DNA of 64,000 nt. Source: Oscillospiraceae bacterium. Its GTDB lineage: Bacteria; Bacillota; Clostridia; Oscillospirales; CAG-382. Below the pieces are notes generated by a model. The model worked only from the letters and a program-made list of their open reading frames with translations. It had not been told where the DNA came from and did no database searches. A program made the position numbers and the translations under genes. The stretch covers positions 40,714 to 104,713 of the forward strand of contig SVRD01000006.1 of assembly GCA_015064955.1 (NCBI GenBank). The letters run 5' to 3'. Positions 56,376 to 64,000 of this stretch are shown here, in pieces. Each line of letters starts with the position of its first letter. The first letter of the stretch is position 1.

Positions 56376-56406
56376 AAGAATCCACCCGCTCGGGTGGATT
56401 TTTTAT
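56376..56406 (+). terminator. rho-independent terminator
   Basis: Stem aatccaccc/gggtggatt with a 4-nt loop and a T-run. Confidence 0.8.
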
Positions 56407-56486
56407 TTACATATATATAATATTTTGTGAAAAAACGGTTGAAAAAAATAAGCCGTTATGTTAAGATAAATACTTGAGGTAATGTT

Positions 56487-57131
56487 ATGAAATACAAGTA
56501 TATTTTTTGGGATTGGAACGGAACGCTTTTCGATGATGCGAGCGCCGCGTGGCAGGCTGTCAATACAATGCTCGAAAACAGAAATCTGCCGAAAATTACG
56601 CTCGATCAATACCGCGAAACAGTTGAGGTTCCGATAGTAAAGTTTTATGAAACCGTTATGGATATGTCAAGGGAAACGCTCGATGATCTTTCTGTTGAGT
56701 TCAACTCGCTGTGGCTTTCATATCTCTGCGGTGAGCCGTTGTCTGACGGAGCGTGTGAATTGCTCGTTTTTTTAAAAGACAACGGGATTAAGAATTATAT
56801 ATACTCTTCAAGTCAGAATAAAATGATATTGCCTCATTTGGATGCCCTTGATATCACTCGGTATTTCAGTGCGGTTTTAGGGGCAAACGATTGCTACGTT
56901 GGTAGTAAGGCTGAGCGCACCCGTGATTTTATCGATTCAAACGGTTTTTCACCAAATGAGATATTATTCGTCGGCGATATGGACCACGACAGCGAAGTTG
57001 CTTCGCTTGTCGGTGCGGATTGCGTGCTCGTATCGTATGGACACCAAAGCACTAAAAAGTTAAGAAAAACAGGTAGGAGGGTTATGGCTTCGTTAAAAGA
57101 GCTTCAAATGATGCTCGAATCTGAGCTGTAA
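56487..57131 (+). CDS. HAD-superfamily hydrolase (phosphoglycolate phosphatase-like)
   Basis: 214 aa. Motif I variant FWDWNGTLFDD and motif IV VGDMDHD. Confidence 0.7.
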   Translation: MKYKYIFWDWNGTLFDDASAAWQAVNTMLENRNLPKITLDQYRETVEVPIVKFYETVMDMSRETLDDLSVEFNSLWLSYLCGEPLSDGACELLVFLKDNGIKNYIYSSSQNKMILPHLDALDITRYFSAVLGANDCYVGSKAERTRDFIDSNGFSPNEILFVGDMDHDSEVASLVGADCVLVSYGHQSTKKLRKTGRRVMASLKELQMMLESEL

Positions 57132-57141
57132 TGTGCGAAAA

Positions 57142-58626
57142 ATGAAAAAACTTGGTTTTGATTGCGAAAAATATGTCGAACTTCAGACACGTCATATTCG
57201 TGAAAGAATTGATAAATTCGGCGGAAAGCTGTATCTCGAATTCGGCGGAAAGCTTTTCGATGATTATCACGCGTCCCGCGTGCTTCCGGGCTTCAAGCCG
57301 GGAATAAAGATCGATATGCTCTCTGCACTTAAGGACGAAGCGGAAATCATTATCGTTATAAACAGTAACGATATCGAAAAGAATAAGGTTCGCGGCGATT
57401 TGGGTATCACTTACGATCAGGACGTATTGAGACTTATCGACGCATTCCGTGCTTGCGGTCTTTATGTCGGCAGTGTTGTTTTGACACAGTACAATTCACA
57501 GCCTGCCGTTGTCGCTTTTCAAAAGCGCTTGGAGCAGCTTGGCGTGATAACCTATAAGCATTATCCGATCGAAGGATATCCCTCCAATGTAAAGCACATC
57601 GTCAGCGATGAAGGATACGGCCGTAACGAATTTATAAAGACTTCAAGACGACTTGTCGTTATGACCGCCCCCGGTCCCGGAAGCGGCAAAATGGCGACTT
57701 GTCTTTCACAGCTTTACCATGAGCATAAGCAAGGTATTAAATCCGGCTATGCAAAATTTGAAACCTTCCCGATATGGAATCTCCCGCTTAACCACCCCGT
57801 TAATATTGCTTACGAGGCGGCAACTGCCGATCTTGACGACCTGAACTGTATAGACCCCTTCCATCTCGAAGCGTATGGCGTTCGTACCGTAAACTATAAC
57901 CGTGACGTTGAAATTTTCCCGGTTCTCAACGCTATGTTCCAAAGAATCTACGGCGAATCACCCTATAAATCTCCTACCGATATGGGCGTAAATATGGCGG
58001 GTAACGCGATTTGCGATGATGAAGTATGCCGCGATGCCGCTAAGCAGGAAATCATTCGCCGTTATTACGAAGCTCTTTGCCAGCAAAGAAAGGGAATGGG
58101 TGAGGGTGCTACCGTTCATAAGATCGAAATACTTATGAATCAATGCGGTATCTCGCAGGACGACCGTGCTGTTGTTCACGCGGCAAACTCACGCGCAGAA
58201 GAAACAAACGGACCTGCAGCAGCGATCGAGCTTAATGACGGCAGAATCATTACCGGAAAAACAAGCTCGTTGCTCGGTGCTTCGAGTGCCTTGCTTCTGA
58301 ATGCTCTCAAGGCATTGGCAGGTATCGAAAAAGAGGTTTACCTTATGTCTCCCGCGGTTATCGAGCCGATTCAGGAATTGAAAATTCGACATATGGGTAA
58401 TAACAACCCCCGTTTACATACCGACGAAATACTTATCGCGCTGTCTGTTTGTGCCGTGAACGATAAAAACGCAAAGGCGGCACTCGACCAGCTTAAAAAC
58501 TTAGAGGGCTGTGAAATGCACTCGTCTGTTCTGCTTTCGCAGGTTGACGAAAAGCTTTTAAAGAAGCTCGGTATCAATCTTACCTGTGAACCCGTATATC
58601 AAACAAAGAAGCTGTTCCACTCATAA
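57142..58626 (+). CDS. DUF1846 (UPF0371) domain protein
   Basis: GFDCEKYVELQTRHIRERI...LYLEFGGKLFDDYHASRVLPGF matches UPF0371. ATG at 57142; the tracked GTG is at 57133. Confidence 0.7.
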   Translation: MKKLGFDCEKYVELQTRHIRERIDKFGGKLYLEFGGKLFDDYHASRVLPGFKPGIKIDMLSALKDEAEIIIVINSNDIEKNKVRGDLGITYDQDVLRLIDAFRACGLYVGSVVLTQYNSQPAVVAFQKRLEQLGVITYKHYPIEGYPSNVKHIVSDEGYGRNEFIKTSRRLVVMTAPGPGSGKMATCLSQLYHEHKQGIKSGYAKFETFPIWNLPLNHPVNIAYEAATADLDDLNCIDPFHLEAYGVRTVNYNRDVEIFPVLNAMFQRIYGESPYKSPTDMGVNMAGNAICDDEVCRDAAKQEIIRRYYEALCQQRKGMGEGATVHKIEILMNQCGISQDDRAVVHAANSRAEETNGPAAAIELNDGRIITGKTSSLLGASSALLLNALKALAGIEKEVYLMSPAVIEPIQELKIRHMGNNNPRLHTDEILIALSVCAVNDKNAKAALDQLKNLEGCEMHSSVLLSQVDEKLLKKLGINLTCEPVYQTKKLFHS

Positions 58627-60041
58627 TGAAACTATCGAATATTTATACCACCTCAGGTATGTCAAAAAAACTGAATATTTTGGGCGATCTTCCCAATACC
58701 TCGTCACTTTATAAAAGCTTTTTCAAGGTTGCTTGGCCCGCGATGATCGAGTCGGCGTTAATGAGCCTTGTCAATATCTTTGATACCATTATGGTATCGG
58801 GAGAAGGTATCGATGCGGTTGCGGGAGTTGGTCTTACAACCCAGCCGAGAATGATTTTCTATGCCGTCTTTTTTGCGCTCAGTATAGCTGTCACAACAGT
58901 AGTTTCACGCCGTAAAGGCCAGGGCGATCAAGAGGGTGCAAATAAATCTCTTGCACAAGCTTTGGGACTTGTTGCACTGCTTGCCGTCGTTCTTTGCGGT
59001 GCTGCTGTAATAGTTGCCGAGCCGTTGTTAAAGTTTGCGGGTGCAAACGAAGAAACGATCGATTATGCGCTTGTATATTTTCGCATAACAATGATCGGCT
59101 TGATGTTCACCTCGTTTGGTATGATAATAAATGCCGCACAGCGTGCAAGCGGAAATACCAAAATTTCGATGACAACAAATATCGTTGCTAACGTAACGAA
59201 TATCATGTTCAATGCGTTGCTGATAAACGGCTTGTTCTTTTTCCCGAGGCTTGGTGTAACCGGCGCGGCGATCGCAACTCTTATAGGCAACATTGCGTCG
59301 TTTTCGATGAGCTTTTATTCAATTCTTCGCAAGGGAAGATATCTTAAGTTTGATTTCCGAGGAATGATACGCTGGAACAGCGATATTTTAAAAACGCTCG
59401 GCCGTGTATCAATGGGCGCGGGAACAGAACAGCTCTTTATGCGTATCGGCTTTTTCATTTACGCTAAGCTGGTTGCCGATCTCGGCACTGCAGAATACGG
59501 CACGCATATTATCGCTATGAATATTATCACGGTTTCGTTCGCCTGCGGCGACGGGTTAAGCGTCGCAACGAGTGCACTGATCGGACAGAATCTCGGCAAA
59601 GGACGCCCCGACCTTGCAACACTTTATGCAAAATCAGGTCAACGCATCGGCTATCTTATTTCCGCCGTTCTCGTTTTGCTTATGGTGTTTGCAGGCGGCT
59701 GGATGGTAAAGCTGTTTGCCGACCCGACCGATCAATACTATTCCTACGTTATGGAAAACGGCAAAATACTAACATATTTCATCGCTGCATGCGCACCGGG
59801 GCAGATATCTCAAGTAATCTATAACGGTGCACTTCGAGGTGCCGGCGATACAAAATACGTGGCATTCACATCTGCAATATGTATCGGTATTGTCAGACCG
59901 CTTTCGGCATATATCTTCTGCTATCCTGTCGGATGGGGATTGTTTGGTGCGTGGGTAAGCTTGTTGCTTGACCAATATATGCGTTTGGCATTCTCGATGC
60001 ACCGTTTCTTAAGCGGCGCATGGCAAAAAATCAAAGTATAG
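58626..60041 (+). CDS. MATE family efflux transporter
   Basis: 471 aa with about 12 TM helices and a typical MATE N-terminus (FKVAWPAMIESALMSLVNIFDTIMV). Confidence 0.8.
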   Translation: MKLSNIYTTSGMSKKLNILGDLPNTSSLYKSFFKVAWPAMIESALMSLVNIFDTIMVSGEGIDAVAGVGLTTQPRMIFYAVFFALSIAVTTVVSRRKGQGDQEGANKSLAQALGLVALLAVVLCGAAVIVAEPLLKFAGANEETIDYALVYFRITMIGLMFTSFGMIINAAQRASGNTKISMTTNIVANVTNIMFNALLINGLFFFPRLGVTGAAIATLIGNIASFSMSFYSILRKGRYLKFDFRGMIRWNSDILKTLGRVSMGAGTEQLFMRIGFFIYAKLVADLGTAEYGTHIIAMNIITVSFACGDGLSVATSALIGQNLGKGRPDLATLYAKSGQRIGYLISAVLVLLMVFAGGWMVKLFADPTDQYYSYVMENGKILTYFIAACAPGQISQVIYNGALRGAGDTKYVAFTSAICIGIVRPLSAYIFCYPVGWGLFGAWVSLLLDQYMRLAFSMHRFLSGAWQKIKV

Positions 60042-60051
60042 GTGAATTATT

Positions 60052-61548
60052 ATGACAGTAAAAGAGGCACTTGAACAAATATCCGCTTTTGAAAACACTT
60101 ATTCTGCACTAAATCACGCTTCGGGCATTTTATATTACGATGGCGACACCGTCGCGCCCGAGGGAAGTGTTGAAATACGCGCACTCACTCTCGGCGAGCT
60201 CTCGAGAATGAGCTATGAATTGATAACCTCCGAAAAATTCATCGATGCGTTGGAAACCTTGAATGAAAATATCGACGAACTGAGCGAAATCGATAAACGC
60301 AAGGTGAAAGAGCTTTACCGCGAATACGACAATACCCGCAAGATTCCGATGCAGGAAATGATCGATTTCCAGATCCATCTTACCGAATCGTCTGCGGTAT
60401 GGCATAAGGCGAAGGAAAATAATGATTTTGCTTCGTTTGAGCCGTATTTGCAAAAAACTTTTGATACCTTAAAAAAATTCGCGACGTATACCGATCCCGA
60501 AAAAGATCCTTATGATGTTTGCCTTGATAAATATGAACGCGGTCTCACAAAGGAAAAGTGCGATAAATTCTTCAACGCACTCCGCGAAAAGCTCGTTCCG
60601 CTTATCGAACGCATCAAGAATACAAATCAGATAGATGATTCCGTGCTTCATTTGAATTACCCGAAGTCACAGCAGGAAAAATTCACAGATTATCTTGTCG
60701 ACGTTATGGATATCGACAGAAAACATTTTACCGTCGGCGAAACTGAGCACCCCTTTACTATCAACTTTACCTCAAAGGACGTTCGTATCACTACGCATTA
60801 TTACGAGGATAACCTTGCAAGCTCGCTTTACAGCGTTGTACACGAATGCGGCCACGCACTTTATGAGCTCAATTCGATGCCCGAGCTTTTCCGCACAACT
60901 CTCGAAGGCGGCGTTTCGATGGCGATACATGAGAGTCAGTCGCGTTTCTATGAAAATATTATCGGCAGAAGCAGACCCTTCTGCGAGCTTATACTTCCGT
61001 TCCTGAAAAATGAATTTCCCGAGCAACTCGGTGATATTGACGGCGATTCTTTTTACCGTATGATAAACCGTTCTGAGCCTTCGCTCATTCGTACCGAGGC
61101 TGATGAACTCACCTATGCACTTCACGTAATGGTGCGCTACGAGCTTGAAAAGAGAATGATCTCCGGCGAGATCTGTGCAAAGGATCTTCCGTCCGAATGG
61201 CGCCGTCTCTATAAAGAATATCTCGGTGTAGATGTGCCCGACGATAAGCACGGTGTGCTTCAGGACAGTCACTGGTCCAATGCGAATATCGGCTATTTCC
61301 CGTCCTATGCACTCGGCTCAGCTTACGGCGCGCAAATGCTTAATGAAATGAAAAAGGATATTGACGTCGATGCCGTTATCAGAAGCGGAAAGCTTACCGC
61401 AATCAACGATTGGTTGCGTGAAAAGATCTGGAAATTCGGTTGTCTCTACGATCCGACAGATCTCTTCAATATGGTTTGCGGCGAATTTGAACCCGACGTC
61501 TACGTTGACTATCTCGAAAAGAAATTCACCGAGGTTTATAAGATATGA
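60052..61548 (+). CDS. carboxypeptidase M32 (Taq-type)
   Basis: 498 aa. Contains the HECGHALYE zinc motif and HESQSRFYEN. Confidence 0.85.
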   Translation: MTVKEALEQISAFENTYSALNHASGILYYDGDTVAPEGSVEIRALTLGELSRMSYELITSEKFIDALETLNENIDELSEIDKRKVKELYREYDNTRKIPMQEMIDFQIHLTESSAVWHKAKENNDFASFEPYLQKTFDTLKKFATYTDPEKDPYDVCLDKYERGLTKEKCDKFFNALREKLVPLIERIKNTNQIDDSVLHLNYPKSQQEKFTDYLVDVMDIDRKHFTVGETEHPFTINFTSKDVRITTHYYEDNLASSLYSVVHECGHALYELNSMPELFRTTLEGGVSMAIHESQSRFYENIIGRSRPFCELILPFLKNEFPEQLGDIDGDSFYRMINRSEPSLIRTEADELTYALHVMVRYELEKRMISGEICAKDLPSEWRRLYKEYLGVDVPDDKHGVLQDSHWSNANIGYFPSYALGSAYGAQMLNEMKKDIDVDAVIRSGKLTAINDWLREKIWKFGCLYDPTDLFNMVCGEFEPDVYVDYLEKKFTEVYKI

Positions 61549-61754
61549 GCTATTTGGTAGACGAATGTGTGCTCGATTCGGGTGATAAGGTTATAATCCG
61601 CTGGACAGACGGCACCGAAACAAAAGCAGTATATAAGGATACCTACGGCTATAACCATTTCTTCGATACAATTCCGCCCTCGGAAAAGGAAATCAGACTT
61701 TCCAATCACTTTATGCGCTTGAAGGGTATACACGTCAGAAAAGACGAGGAATAA
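61545..61754 (+). CDS. hypothetical small protein
   Basis: 69 aa. ATGA overlap with the M32 stop suggests translational coupling. Confidence 0.45.
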   Translation: MSYLVDECVLDSGDKVIIRWTDGTETKAVYKDTYGYNHFFDTIPPSEKEIRLSNHFMRLKGIHVRKDEE

Positions 61755-61756
61755 TT

Positions 61757-62605
61757 ATGGATTATATCGATCTGCACACTCATTCAAATTGCTCCGACGG
61801 CTCGATGACACCCACCGAACTTGTTCGCCATGCTGCAGAAAAAGGACTAAAAGCAATCGCATTGTCCGATCACGATACAGTCAGCGGAATCGACGAAGCG
61901 ATAGAAGCGGGGAAGCGCTATAACGTTGAAATAGTTCCCGCAATCGAGTTTTCGGTACAGTCGGAAACAGAAACTCACATTCTCGGCTTTTATATCGATC
62001 ATAAGAGTCCGATTCTTGTTGAGGCTCTCGGGAATATCAATAAAGTGCGCCGTCTCAGAACTTTAAATACCTGCGAAAAGCTTCAAAATCTCGGCTTCGA
62101 TATTTCGATGGAGGAAGCTTTGGCAATCGCACCGTCAGGACTTATCGGTCGCGCTCATTTTGCACGTATTCTAATGGAAAAGGGATATATTTCGAGTGTA
62201 AAAGAGGGATTTGATAAGTATCTGGCAAACGGCAGACCGGCTTACGATGGCAGTCAATACCTCACCGCAGAAAGCGCTGTAAAGCTTATCGAGGAGATTG
62301 GCGGTGTCAGCTTCGTTGCACACCCTCATCTTATCAGATTGCAGGATGCTCAGCTGCGTGAATTTTTGATCGAGCTGAAGAAATACGGCTTGTGTGGCAT
62401 AGAGGGCTATTACAACGAATATACCCCCGAGATGCAGGATTATTTTCAGTCTCTTGCTTCTGAGCTTAGACTCGAAATTTCGGGCGGTACCGATTTCCAC
62501 GCAAAAATGAAGCCTCATATTGAGATCGGAATCGGACAGGGAGATATGAAAATACCTTATTCGGTTCTCGAGAATATCAAACATATTGTAAATGCAAAAA
62601 GATGA
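61757..62605 (+). CDS. PHP domain phosphoesterase (TrpH/YciV-like)
   Basis: 282 aa. IDLHTHSNCSDG N-terminus, with SDHD and later His/Asp ligands. Confidence 0.8.
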   Translation: MDYIDLHTHSNCSDGSMTPTELVRHAAEKGLKAIALSDHDTVSGIDEAIEAGKRYNVEIVPAIEFSVQSETETHILGFYIDHKSPILVEALGNINKVRRLRTLNTCEKLQNLGFDISMEEALAIAPSGLIGRAHFARILMEKGYISSVKEGFDKYLANGRPAYDGSQYLTAESAVKLIEEIGGVSFVAHPHLIRLQDAQLREFLIELKKYGLCGIEGYYNEYTPEMQDYFQSLASELRLEISGGTDFHAKMKPHIEIGIGQGDMKIPYSVLENIKHIVNAKR

Positions 62606-63174
62606 AATTGACAGTTGATCGGATTACCGAGATTATTTACAATAAGATTCGTGGCCAATCTTCGAGCCGTCCTTTCGTTATCGCGGCGGACGGCCGTGCG
62701 GCTTCGGGAAAAACGACCTTTGCGGGTATGTTTGATTTTCCGATCATACATACCGATGACTTTTTCCGTCCGAAAAATCAAAACGGCGTAATCGAAATGT
62801 CCGAGCATATCGGAAATTTCGATATCGAGCGGTTTAGGTCGGAGGTCGTTAATAACCTTAAAAACAAAAACAGCTTCGAATACGGTGTGTTTGATTGTGC
62901 CGTAGGGAAAATCACCGACAAGGTGACAGTAACACCCGAAAAATGTATTATTATCGAGGGCGCGTACTGTTTGTGCCCTCTGCTAACCGAATATGCGGAT
63001 TTGAAGCTGTTTTTTGATATTTCGAAAGAAACTCAAAAAAATCGAATAATTTCCCGTGACGGTTTGGAAGGCTATGAACGGTTTTCAAAGCTCTGGATAC
63101 CGGCTGAGGAAAGATATTTCGAGCATTTCGCTATACAGGAATTGTGTGATTACGTAATTTGCACGGAGGATTAA
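62602..63174 (+). CDS. P-loop nucleoside/nucleotide kinase-like protein
   Basis: 190 aa. Walker A DGRAASGKTT. Uridine-kinase-like size. Overlaps the PHP gene stop by 4 nt. Confidence 0.6.
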   Translation: MKLTVDRITEIIYNKIRGQSSSRPFVIAADGRAASGKTTFAGMFDFPIIHTDDFFRPKNQNGVIEMSEHIGNFDIERFRSEVVNNLKNKNSFEYGVFDCAVGKITDKVTVTPEKCIIIEGAYCLCPLLTEYADLKLFFDISKETQKNRIISRDGLEGYERFSKLWIPAEERYFEHFAIQELCDYVICTED

Positions 63175-63177
63175 AGG

Positions 63178-64000
63178 ATGGGCAATTTTACTTATATTGA
63201 GGATAAATTTTATCTTAACGGCAACCCCATACAGCTGCTTTCGGGGTCGATTCACTATTTCCGCACAGTGCCTGAATATTGGCACGACAGATTGCAAAAG
63301 CTCAAGCAGTGCGGATTTAATACGGTAGAAACCTATATTTGCTGGAATCTTCACGAACGCAAGGAAGGCAGTTTCGATTTCTCGGGTATACTTGATCTTG
63401 CCCGCTTTATCGACACCGCAAAAGAGCTTGGCTTGCTTTGCATAATCCGCCCCGGTCCCTATATCTGCGCAGAATGGGATTACGGCGGACTTCCGTCTTG
63501 GCTGCGTACACACAAGAATATGCATATCAGATGTATGGACGAGGAATTTCTGAAATACGAAACCCGTTATCTTGAAAAAATCTTTGAAATCGTGCGTCCT
63601 CGTCTTATCACAAACGGCGGAAATATTATTATGATGCAGGTTGAAAACGAATACGGCTCATTCGGAAACGATCATGAGTATATCCGTTTTCTTGCCGATT
63701 TTTACAAAAAGAGCGGAATCGACGTTTTGCTGTTCACCTCCGACGGCCCTTCCGATTTCTTCTTCGGCGGCGGTACAATCAACGGCTTGCTCAAAACCGG
63801 AAATTTCGGTTCGGGTTATAAGGAGCATTTTGATTTTATGCGTGCTTATACCCCCGAAAAAGAACCGCTTATGTGTTCTGAATTTTGGGAGGGCTGGTTC
63901 GACACCTGGTATGATTCTCATCATCGCCGCGTGCCCGATGACGTTGCCGAAACTGTCGACGGAATCCTCGGCGCAGGCGGTAACGTGAACTTTTATATGT
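63178..64000 (+). CDS. beta-galactosidase GH35 paralog, 3-prime truncated by window end (absent from the ORF track)
   Basis: ATG at 63178, after AAAGGA. The frame is open to the window end. Translation MGNFTYIEDKFYLNGNPIQLLSGSIHYFR...RPGPYICAEWDYGGLP...QVENEYG is roughly half identical, by eye, to the GH35 at 5134. Confidence 0.85.
   Translation, partial: MGNFTYIEDKFYLNGNPIQLLSGSIHYFRTVPEYWHDRLQKLKQCGFNTVETYICWNLHERKEGSFDFSGILDLARFIDTAKELGLLCIIRPGPYICAEWDYGGLPSWLRTHKNMHIRCMDEEFLKYETRYLEKIFEIVRPRLITNGGNIIMMQVENEYGSFGNDHEYIRFLADFYKKSGIDVLLFTSDGPSDFFFGGGTINGLLKTGNFGSGYKEHFDFMRAYTPEKEPLMCSEFWEGWFDTWYDSHHRRVPDDVAETVDGILGAGGNVNFYM

Noticed and set aside
63085-63988. ORFs 63085..63525 (minus), 63641..63988 (plus) and 63658..63924 (minus).
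   Set aside because: All overlap the open-ended GH35 paralog frame that starts at 63178 and carries unmistakable GH35 motifs.

Overview
This 64-kb window is chromosomal DNA from an anaerobic Firmicute of the class Clostridia. A type I dockerin protein, the oxygen-detoxification genes and the promoter style suggest a Ruminococcaceae/Oscillospiraceae-like organism, but that is inference only. Most of the window is core housekeeping. It holds an aromatic amino acid block (aroQ-aroA-tyrA-DAHP synthase), glnA and ilvE. It also holds a long conserved minus-strand cluster (yicC-remA-rpoZ-priA-def-fmt-rsmB-rlmN-stp-prkC-rsgA-pssA), then dgt-like-dnaG-rpoD-pheS-pheT and ireB. Glycan-degradation genes are interspersed: two GH35 beta-galactosidase paralogs (the second runs off the window end and is absent from the ORF track), a GH20 hexosaminidase and a GHL10 lipoprotein. 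Other accessory content includes a 1080-aa mosaic dockerin protein and an oxidative-stress operon: a four-domain flavodiiron protein, desulfoferrodoxin, a 52-aa rubredoxin missing from the ORF track, and a BFD-like 2Fe-2S protein. There is also a BlaI/BlaR1-type sensor pair and two tRNAs, Thr-CGT and Leu-CAA. The most unusual locus lies between tRNA-Leu and glnA (about 24.85-27.55 kb). The intact tRNA is followed by three more same-orientation copies of its 3-prime end, each with its own terminator hairpin. These copies bracket an AT-rich two-gene cargo with no recognisable domains and a 275-bp segment packed with two families of short direct repeats. I read this as stacked attL/attR scars of serial integrations with no integrase left. 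No CRISPR array, rRNA, transposase or integrase was found. All calls rest on reading the sequence and recognising motifs. No database search was run.
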